Below, one piece after another: positions 16,947 through 23,543 of a stretch of 25,090 nucleotides of DNA (position 1 is the first letter of the stretch; every line of letters starts with the position of its first letter). The DNA is from an uncultured Candidatus Saccharibacteria bacterium (GTDB lineage Bacteria; Patescibacteriota; Minisyncoccia; Minisyncoccales; Staskawiczbacteraceae). The position numbers and the translations under genes were made by a program. Under the pieces are notes generated by a model. That model made no database searches. It had not been told where the DNA came from and worked only from the letters and a program-made list of their open reading frames with translations. The stretch covers positions 1 to 25,090 of the forward strand of contig CAZDIG010000003.1 of NCBI GenBank assembly GCA_964505465.1. Direction: 5' to 3'.

Positions 16947-17035
16947 GTCTATGCAAAGGCTTGACGAAATCCTATATAATCTGTATGGTAATAATAGCAC
17001 ACCGAGAATGGTTTTCGGTTTTAACAATTAAATAG

Positions 17036-17042
17036 AAAGGAG
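17036..17042 (+). promoter_or_regulatory. Strong Shine-Dalgarno site of the radical SAM gene
   Basis: AAAGGAG 9 nt before the ATG at 17052. Confidence 0.75.
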
Positions 17043-17051
17043 AAGTGAACC

Positions 17052-18161
17052 ATGAGAAAAGATCTCGTAAAAGAGAATATAGCGTCTTCTTGTTATTTTA
17101 GATCTTCTGTTATCGCGCCACATCGCAAAGCTTTATTGCAAATTACGGAACGATGCAATCTGCACTGTTCCCATTGTTTTCTTTCGGCTGGTGATTATGG
17201 CAGAACTATGTCTTTCGATGTCATCCAAGATACAGTAATTCCAAGATTACAGTCTTGCAGAGTGATTGGCGTTACATTGACTGGTGGAGAGCCATTTATC
17301 CACCCAGACATTATTAGAATAGCACGTTTGTTTAAAAGTAATAGCATTCGTGTTGGTATTTGTAGTAATGGGTCTGCAATTACTACAGAACAGATAAAAT
17401 CGTTGGTTGAAATCGGTGATATTCATGTGAATGTAAGTCTTGATGGTTTTACTCCTGCGAGCCACGGAAAATTCCGTGGGGATGAGGATTCTTTTGATAA
17501 AACAATTGATGGGATCCGCCGATTGGGCAAACATCATTTACTTCGGGGAATATTGGTTACCCCCAATAATTTTGCAGAGGCAAATGAATATGTAGATATT
17601 TGCGAATTTGCGATCGAAAATGGCGCTAGCTATGTTCTTATAAATCCTTTAGCCAGTATGGGTAGAGGAACGAAATCAAAAGACAAACTCGGTTCTCCGG
17701 ATATAATGATGAGAAAAATTCAGGAGCTTACTAGTCCGTTTAGCGATCGTATTCAAATTGTTTATGTTAGATTTCCCAATGATCGTAAGTTTCCCTTAGG
17801 AGGATGTGAGGCGGGGAGTATAATTTACGTTTTCACTTCTGGGAATGTTGTTATTTGTCCATATTTGGTTTTTGCTTCTAGGACTCCGCAGAGTAGGCAC
17901 AAAGAAGAAGAATTTATTATTGGAAATATCTTCTCTGATGCCGATATCAACGATAAGGTTGATACTTATAGATTTCATGAAAAATACCACACGGGAAATA
18001 ATCCCATTTGTAGTAGTTGTTCAATCAATCTGCAATGCGGAAAAGGTTGTCCTGCTGCAGTTATTGCTTCAGGTGGAATAATTGGGACAGTAGATGAAGA
18101 TATATGCCCGATTGAAACCACAAAGGAAGACAAGGTTGAAGAAGGTAAGTCTAATGTCTAG
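17052..18161 (+). CDS. Radical SAM enzyme with C-terminal SPASM domain
   Basis: CNLHCSHC (CxxxCxxC), LTGGEPF, CSNG, VSLDG, and seven SPASM-type Cys (GCEAG, ICPY, CSSC, QCGKGC, DICP). Confidence 0.92.
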   Translation: MRKDLVKENIASSCYFRSSVIAPHRKALLQITERCNLHCSHCFLSAGDYGRTMSFDVIQDTVIPRLQSCRVIGVTLTGGEPFIHPDIIRIARLFKSNSIRVGICSNGSAITTEQIKSLVEIGDIHVNVSLDGFTPASHGKFRGDEDSFDKTIDGIRRLGKHHLLRGILVTPNNFAEANEYVDICEFAIENGASYVLINPLASMGRGTKSKDKLGSPDIMMRKIQELTSPFSDRIQIVYVRFPNDRKFPLGGCEAGSIIYVFTSGNVVICPYLVFASRTPQSRHKEEEFIIGNIFSDADINDKVDTYRFHEKYHTGNNPICSSCSINLQCGKGCPAAVIASGGIIGTVDEDICPIETTKEDKVEEGKSNV

Positions 18162-18768
18162 GCAAGACGGTTTGTTCGTTGTTTTCGATGGCCCTAATGG
18201 CGTCGGGAAGACAACGCTGGTAAACGAAGTAGCAACTCAATTGCGACAGCAAGGATATAATGTCCTTGCAACAAAGGAACCAACCAGGTCGCCCCTCGGA
18301 CAGTTTGTCCGCAATGCCGAAGAAAAATGTCGAGGTAAAACTCTAGCTTATTTAGTGGCCGCTGATAGGCAATTTCATCTTGAACAGGAAATATTGCCAG
18401 CATTAGATAGGGGAATGATTGTCCTTTCGGATAGGTATATTCCGTCATCTCTTGTTCTTCAATAATTAGATGGAGTACATTTGGAATTTATCTGGTCTCT
18501 TAATAATCAATTCCGCATTCCTGATTTAACCGTTATCTTAATTGCTTCGCCAGAAACGCTTATTTATCGCTTGAGTAGTAGGCATGAATTGAGCCGTTTT
18601 GAAAAGGAGCAACTTTCTGTTAGAGAAGTAGAACTATATTTGAATGCGATAGAATTCTTACGGATAAAAGGTTTTAACGTTCTTTTCACAGAGAATAACG
18701 GTAAAACTTCTATTGATCGGGTTACTACATTAATAATCGAAGAAATTTTGAAATATATACCCCACTAA
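18154..18768 (+). pseudogene. tmk: Thymidylate (dTMP) kinase homologue interrupted by one in-frame TAA at 18463-18465
   Basis: The ATG at 18154 overlaps the rSAM stop. Motifs DGPNGVGKTT, TKEP, AADR and DRYIPSS are intact. Codon 104 is TAA and the same frame continues (LDGVHLEFIW...PDLTVIL...RL) to the TAA at 18768. Confidence 0.88.
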
Positions 18769-18803
18769 AATAAGACAGTTGTCTTTATTGGTGGGGATTT
18801 TTT
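18760..18803 (+). terminator. Putative terminator after the kinase gene
   Basis: CCCCAC...GTGGGG stem enclosing AATAAGACA/TGTCTTTATT, followed by ATTTTTT. Confidence 0.55.
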
Positions 18804-18835
18804 ATTGTATAATACATTAATCAACTCGTAAAATT

Positions 18836-19579
18836 ATGAAATTTTCCTTATTCTGTTGGAACATCGCAAATCCCTCAGAGGAGCGCGCAGTTAAGCAAGG
18901 TGAGTGGCTTCGGAAACGTTCTGAAAGCGTTTTTGTTTTAACTGAAACAAAAAACAGTAAGGGTTGTCTTTTTTTAGAAAAATATTTTCGGGCATATGGT
19001 TTCAACGTTGCTTTTTCTAAGCCCAAAGGCAAAGAATATGGAGTCATGATTATAAGTAAACATCCCTTGCAAGAAAGCGATTTTTCTAATTCGATTAATT
19101 TTCTTAAGGCTCGGATAGCGGCCACTAAGATAAATTTTAGTGGCAAGGTATTGGAAGTAATTGGGACATATGTTCCTTCTCGGGATGTTAGCCAAGAAAA
19201 AATTAAAAAAAAGAAACGCTTCTTAAAGATTTTGCAAGAAACATTAAATAAATCTTTATTTTCAAATACACGAGTTTTTTGCGGAGATTTTAATGTTTTA
19301 GAACCAGACCATAATCCCCATTATCGATTTTTTGAGAAATGGGAATATGATTTCTACCAGTGCTTTAATAATCATCAATTAGTTGATTCTTTCCGGCATT
19401 TGAATCCCAATAGTCGGGAATATAGTTGGGTTGGTCGGACTGGAGATGGCTATAGGTATGACCACTGTTTTATTTCGAATGATCTCTTGCCATCGCTTAA
19501 GGGTTGTTATTATCTTCACGAACCAAGAGAAAAAAGATTAAGCGATCACTCTGCCATTGTTATGGAATTGGGTGTATAA
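18836..19579 (+). CDS. Endonuclease/exonuclease/phosphatase (ExoIII / AP-endonuclease-like)
   Basis: WNI, VLTET, YVP, GDFN, DSFR, YSW, YRYDH and SDH catalytic motifs. Confidence 0.9.
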   Translation: MKFSLFCWNIANPSEERAVKQGEWLRKRSESVFVLTETKNSKGCLFLEKYFRAYGFNVAFSKPKGKEYGVMIISKHPLQESDFSNSINFLKARIAATKINFSGKVLEVIGTYVPSRDVSQEKIKKKKRFLKILQETLNKSLFSNTRVFCGDFNVLEPDHNPHYRFFEKWEYDFYQCFNNHQLVDSFRHLNPNSREYSWVGRTGDGYRYDHCFISNDLLPSLKGCYYLHEPREKRLSDHSAIVMELGV

Positions 19580-19602
19580 TTTTAATAAACAACAGTAACA
19601 AT

Positions 19603-20181
19603 ATGAATAATATTGAGATTGAAATTCAAGTTAATATCGGGAAGAAAAAGCCATTGGCATCTTTTCTAGAGAAGAATGCTGTTTTTCAAAAAGAAAGCCA
19701 TCAGGTAGATGAATATTTCTCTCCAAGCCATAAAAACTTTATAGAAACGCGGCCAATAAAAGAATGGCTTAGATTAAGAGACTCAGATGGCAGGTATTTT
19801 GTAACTTATAAAAACTATCATTATGACAAAAATGGGAAGAGCACTCACTGCGATGAATACGAAACAAATGTAGGAGATATAGGTAAATTAAAGAAAACGT
19901 GGAATGCTTTGAATTTTAGGTCTCTTGTTGTTGTCGATAAAATACGGAAGACTTGGGCATATAAAAACTATGAGATTTCAATTGATTCCGTAAAGAATTT
20001 AGGGGATTTTGTAGAAATTGAATATATTGGTGAAAATAAAAGAATAGATCCTGAAAGGGTTACGAACGAAATGATAAATTTTCTTAAAACTATCGGTTGC
20101 GGGGAAATAAAAAGAAATTATGTTGGTTATCCGTTCCAATTAATGTTCCCAGGTGAGATTGAAAAAGAGATGTGGGTATAG
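19603..20181 (+). CDS. CYTH-family protein (class IV adenylyl cyclase / triphosphatase-like)
   Basis: True start is probably the ATG at 19603. EIEIQ (ExExK variant), QVDEYF, WLRLR, VTYK, EYET, VDKIRKTW and SIDSVKNLGDFVEIE. Confidence 0.88.
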   Translation: MNNIEIEIQVNIGKKKPLASFLEKNAVFQKESHQVDEYFSPSHKNFIETRPIKEWLRLRDSDGRYFVTYKNYHYDKNGKSTHCDEYETNVGDIGKLKKTWNALNFRSLVVVDKIRKTWAYKNYEISIDSVKNLGDFVEIEYIGENKRIDPERVTNEMINFLKTIGCGEIKRNYVGYPFQLMFPGEIEKEMWV

Positions 20182-20301
20182 AACTGCGAGTTCGAATCCT
20201 ACTACCGTCGCGGGAAAATTTAAGAACAAAATTACATAGATGGCACTAGGGCGACCGAACTAGTTCGAATAGAGTCGCCCCCGCCAATTGGGAAAAGCTA
20301 T

Positions 20302-20387
20302 GGAGGGGTGCTCCGAATGGCAAGGAACCAGTCTTGAAAACTGGCGCCCTGAATAAGGGCTTGTGAGTTCGACTCTCACCCCCTCCG
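20302..20387 (+). tRNA. tRNA-Ser(TGA), CCA not encoded
   Basis: Acceptor GGAGGGG/CCCCTCC, anticodon arm CCAGT-CTTGAAA-ACTGG, long variable arm, T arm GTGAG-TTCGACT-CTCAC. Confidence 0.93.
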
Positions 20388-20416
20388 CACTTCGACAAGC
20401 TCAGTGTAAACATTTT

Positions 20417-20489
20417 GCCCTCGTAGTTTAATGGACAAAATGCGAGGTTGCGGACCTCGTGACTGCAGGTTCGATTCCTGCCGAGGGCA
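20417..20489 (+). tRNA. tRNA-Arg(GCG), CCA not encoded
   Basis: Acceptor GCCCTCG/CGAGGGC, anticodon arm CGAGG-TTGCGGA-CCTCG, T arm GCAGG-TTCGATT-CCTGC. Confidence 0.92.
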
Positions 20490-20498
20490 TATAGTAAG

Positions 20499-20526
20499 AA
20501 AACAGAATTTTTTAATTCTGTTTTTT
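20499..20526 (+). terminator. Terminator after tRNA-Arg
   Basis: AAAACAGAATT-TTTT-AATTCTGTTTTTT. Confidence 0.7.
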
Positions 20527-20527
20527 G

Positions 20528-20556
20528 TTGACATATTAAGATAAATATGTTACAAT
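20528..20556 (+). promoter_or_regulatory. Near-consensus sigma70 promoter with extended -10 and no downstream sense ORF
   Basis: TTGACA-N17-TACAAT, preceded by TG-n. Confidence 0.6.
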
Positions 20557-20571
20557 TAGAGGGTAACCCAA

Positions 20572-20608
20572 AAAGACCCGCCTGGGATTAAATCCTACGC
20601 GGGTCTTT
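20572..20608. terminator. Bidirectional-looking terminator hairpin downstream of the nitroreductase
   Basis: AAAGACCCGC...GCGGGTCTTT arms plus inner pairing, 14 nt past the nitroreductase stop. Confidence 0.8.
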
Positions 20609-20622
20609 CTATTTTAGTAATT

Positions 20623-21225
20623 TTAAAATCTTTCTTTATGGGTAATACATTTTAGCTCTTTTTTGGGAATATGTAATACGCCTTTTTTATCAAGCCAGTA
20701 TTTTATGCTTCCTTTAAACCCCGTTAGAAATCTTTGATTTTTAAACGGGGTAAATTTTTCTTCAACCGATTTCTGACCGGGGTAACCTAAAGCAATTATG
20801 AATTCAATAATATAATTTTGAGGAATATTTAAAATTTTTGCTAATTTTTCTCGATTCACTGAACCAATTATGCAAGAAGCAATACCTCTTTCAAGGGCAG
20901 TTAAAATAATATTTTCGGCTGCTAATCCTACGTCGTATTTTGCATTTTTGTTAATTTTTTGATTTGATAAGATTACAATATAAGCTACTGGTTTCTCTTT
21001 TTCTTCTGGCGCGCCATCCTTTAAATAGCCAGCCCAGCGAGTACAATTGAAAACTTCATTTAAATTTTTAGTTACCAAAATATATTCCAAGGGCTGCAAA
21101 TTAGCCGAAGAGGGCGCCAGCCTTGCCGCGTTTAAGCAATTAAAGAGAATTGATTTTGCAATTCTTTTTTGTTTAAACTTTCTAATTGTTCTTCTTTTTA
21201 AAATTAGCTTGTAGGTGTCGTTCAT
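20623..21225 (-). CDS. Nitroreductase family FMN-dependent oxidoreductase
   Basis: ILKRRTIRKF, AARLAPSSANLQP, DVGLAAENIILTALERGIASCIIG and IALGYP. Confidence 0.92.
   Translation of the reverse strand: MNDTYKLILKRRTIRKFKQKRIAKSILFNCLNAARLAPSSANLQPLEYILVTKNLNEVFNCTRWAGYLKDGAPEEKEKPVAYIVILSNQKINKNAKYDVGLAAENIILTALERGIASCIIGSVNREKLAKILNIPQNYIIEFIIALGYPGQKSVEEKFTPFKNQRFLTGFKGSIKYWLDKKGVLHIPKKELKCITHKERF
20718..20751. repeat. 34-bp palindromic element inserted in frame in the nitroreductase
   Basis: ACCCCGTT...AACGGGGT arms flanked by a 2-bp AA duplication, encoding TPFKNQRFLTGF. Confidence 0.6.
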
Positions 21226-21281
21226 ATTTAGTTATCACTCACATTTTTAGTGTAGTATAATTAAAAGAAGCAGGCAATTCG

Positions 21282-23405
21282 ATGCTAAATTTATCCACTC
21301 CAATTGAAGAAATTCCGCGCATCGGCGCCGTTTACCAAAAAAGACTAAAAAAACTTGGAATCAAAAACATCCGAGACCTCTTTTTTCATTTTCCGCATCG
21401 CTATGAAGATTTTTCCAAAATAACCGCAATATCGCAAATTAAACTCAACGAGGTTTGCTGCATTAGAGGAAGAATTTTAGAAATTAAAAATTCCAGAACG
21501 TGGAAGAAAAGAATGATTTTAACCCAAGCGGTTGTTGAAGACAAAACGGCAGCGATAAAAGTAGTCTGGTTTAACCAGCCGTATTTGGTTAAAAGTTTAA
21601 AAATCGGGGATTTTGTTTATCTGGCAGGAAAAGTAATTTTAGGAGAAAACGGCCTTTATTTAAACAACCCGGCCTACGAGAGAAGCGGACTGAAATCCGA
21701 CTTGACTCATTTGGGCAGAATCGTTCCAGTGTATCCGGAAACAGAAGGATTGTCCTCCCGATGGCTCCGTTACATTCTAAAACCTTTGCTTTTAAAGTTG
21801 GGTAATAAACTTTTAGATCCTCTGCCGGAAAGTTTGAGAACAAAAAATCAATTGATGCCGATCAAAGAGGCGGTTTGGCAAATTCATTTCCCTGATTCTC
21901 TAAAAAAAGCGGAAGCCGCTCGTTCCCGTTTTGCTTTTGAAGAACTTTTCCTGATTGAACTCTCGGTTTTAAAAGAAAGGTTAAAATTAAAGCAGGTGAA
22001 GGCGCTGTCAATCCCAATGAATATTAAACTAATGAAAAAATTCACCGACGCCTTGTCTTTTACGCTTACTGATTCGCAAAAGAAATCTGCTTGGCAAATT
22101 TTAAAGGATTTAGAAAAACCCTTTCCGATGTCCAGGCTTTTAGAGGGCGATGTAGGATCGGGAAAAACAGTGGTGGCAGCGATGGCGACGTTAAACGCAG
22201 CTAAGGCTGGTTATCAGGCCGCGATTATGGCGCCAACAGAAATCTTGGCGAAACAACATTTCAGAGAAATCCCAAAATTATTAGCGCCTTTCAAATTAAA
22301 AATCGCCCTTCTAACCGGGAAAGAAGACAGGATTACCTCAATAAAGCTCAAAAATGAAGTTCTGGAAATTTCTCGCCAGAAAATTTTAGAAAGATTAAAA
22401 GAGGGTGAAATCAATATTTTAATCGGCACCCATGCTTTGATTCAAGAAGAGGTGAAATTTAAAAACTTGGCCTTGGCGGTGGTAGATGAACAGCATCGCT
22501 TTGGAGTAGAACAGCGGGCTCGCCTCTGCCAAAACAATGGTTCGCAGGTGAAACTTATCCCCCATCTTTTATCAATGACCGCCACGCCCATTCCCAGAAC
22601 CTTAGCCCTAACGGTTTACGGAGACCTTGATTTATCTTTGATTACCGAACTTCCTAAAAACCGAAAGAAGATTAAAACATTTGTAGTCCCGCCGGCGAAA
22701 AGAAAGGAAGCTTATAAATTCATAAAGGGGGAGGTTAAAGACGGTAGGGGCGTTTTTGTGATCTGTCCGAGGATTGAACCGTCAAATAAAGAGAAAAAAG
22801 ATATTCTGGGTTGGTCGGAGGTTAAAGCGGTTAAAGAAGAACACGAAAAATTATCAAAAGAAATCTTTCCCGATTTAAAAATCGGAATGTTGCACGGCAA
22901 ATTAAAAACTAAAGAGAAGGAAAAAATAATGCAGGATTTCAAGTCGGGGGAAATTGATATTTTAGTTTCCACTTCGGTGGTAGAAGTAGGAATTGACATT
23001 CCCAGAGCCACCGTGATGATGATTGAAGGCGCGGAAAGATTCGGGTTAGCCCAACTGCATCAGTTCCGGGGGAGGGTCGGGAGATCCGATCTTCAATCGT
23101 ATTGTTTTTTATTTACCGATTCTCCGGCTGTAAACACAAAGAGAAGATTGTCGGCTTTAGTTCGCTGTAACAATGGCTTTGAGTTGGCGGAAAAGGATCT
23201 CCAGATCAGGGGGCCGGGAGAGTTATATGGAAATCGGCAGTGGGGCATTCCGGATTTAGCTATGGCGAATCTTAAAGACTTGGTGTTAGTAGAGAAAACC
23301 CGCGAAGCAGCCAAAGAAATTTTAGAGAAAGACCCTAAATTAAAAAATTATCCCCTGCTTAGCGAGAAACTGGGGGAATTTGAAAAAAGGATACATTTTG
23401 AATAA
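21282..23405 (+). CDS. recG: ATP-dependent DNA helicase RecG
   Basis: N-terminal wedge/OB region, EGDVGSGKT, DEQHRFGV, MTATPIPRTL, AERFGLAQLHQFRGRVGR and DLQIRGPGE. Confidence 0.96.
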   Translation: MLNLSTPIEEIPRIGAVYQKRLKKLGIKNIRDLFFHFPHRYEDFSKITAISQIKLNEVCCIRGRILEIKNSRTWKKRMILTQAVVEDKTAAIKVVWFNQPYLVKSLKIGDFVYLAGKVILGENGLYLNNPAYERSGLKSDLTHLGRIVPVYPETEGLSSRWLRYILKPLLLKLGNKLLDPLPESLRTKNQLMPIKEAVWQIHFPDSLKKAEAARSRFAFEELFLIELSVLKERLKLKQVKALSIPMNIKLMKKFTDALSFTLTDSQKKSAWQILKDLEKPFPMSRLLEGDVGSGKTVVAAMATLNAAKAGYQAAIMAPTEILAKQHFREIPKLLAPFKLKIALLTGKEDRITSIKLKNEVLEISRQKILERLKEGEINILIGTHALIQEEVKFKNLALAVVDEQHRFGVEQRARLCQNNGSQVKLIPHLLSMTATPIPRTLALTVYGDLDLSLITELPKNRKKIKTFVVPPAKRKEAYKFIKGEVKDGRGVFVICPRIEPSNKEKKDILGWSEVKAVKEEHEKLSKEIFPDLKIGMLHGKLKTKEKEKIMQDFKSGEIDILVSTSVVEVGIDIPRATVMMIEGAERFGLAQLHQFRGRVGRSDLQSYCFLFTDSPAVNTKRRLSALVRCNNGFELAEKDLQIRGPGELYGNRQWGIPDLAMANLKDLVLVEKTREAAKEILEKDPKLKNYPLLSEKLGEFEKRIHFE

Positions 23406-23543
23406 TATAGCGATACCAATAATACCAATTGTCATACCAATGATACTAATTTTTATACCAATGATTAGTATAATTGGTATGTTTTTGGTAAATTAGTATC
23501 ACGCATTAGTATAATTGGTATGAAATTCGTATATTAGTATCGC
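23401..23543 (+). repeat. Palindromic intergenic element, copy B (starts at the recG stop and supplies the GT2 stop codon)
   Basis: Same arms as copy A, plus a 54-bp internal expansion of the same units. Confidence 0.8.

Noticed and set aside
8067-17019. Leader hairpins ACCGAG...TTCGGT before both pilD (8067-8097) and the rSAM gene (17001-17019)
   Set aside because: The arms are only 6 nt and the spacing differs (19 vs 7 nt), so chance is a sufficient explanation.
16682-17027. Minus-strand ORFs 16682-16885 and 16746-17027
   Set aside because: They overlap tRNA-Ser(GCT), its promoter and terminator, and show no protein-like features.
18094-18153. Extended N-terminus of the kinase ORF, and similarly 19504-19602 for the CYTH ORF
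   Set aside because: Both extensions overlap the upstream gene; family motifs start right after the ATGs at 18154 and 19603.
17052-18161. Calling the radical SAM gene a viperin
   Set aside because: It has a 7-Cys SPASM extension and no viperin-specific motifs I can recognise; only the kinase linkage is analogous.
18463-18465. Stop-codon reassignment explaining the kinase TAA
   Set aside because: TAA terminates many full-length genes here. The known CPR recoding affects TGA, which also acts as a stop in this window (comF, FimT-like gene).
16879-20301. Intact integrative element or prophage
   Set aside because: No integrase, transposase, phage genes or exact terminal repeats; at most a decayed islet.
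23401-23543. CRISPR array or iteron cluster
   Set aside because: The units are ~9 nt, degenerate and in both orientations, with no unique spacers and no cas or rep genes.
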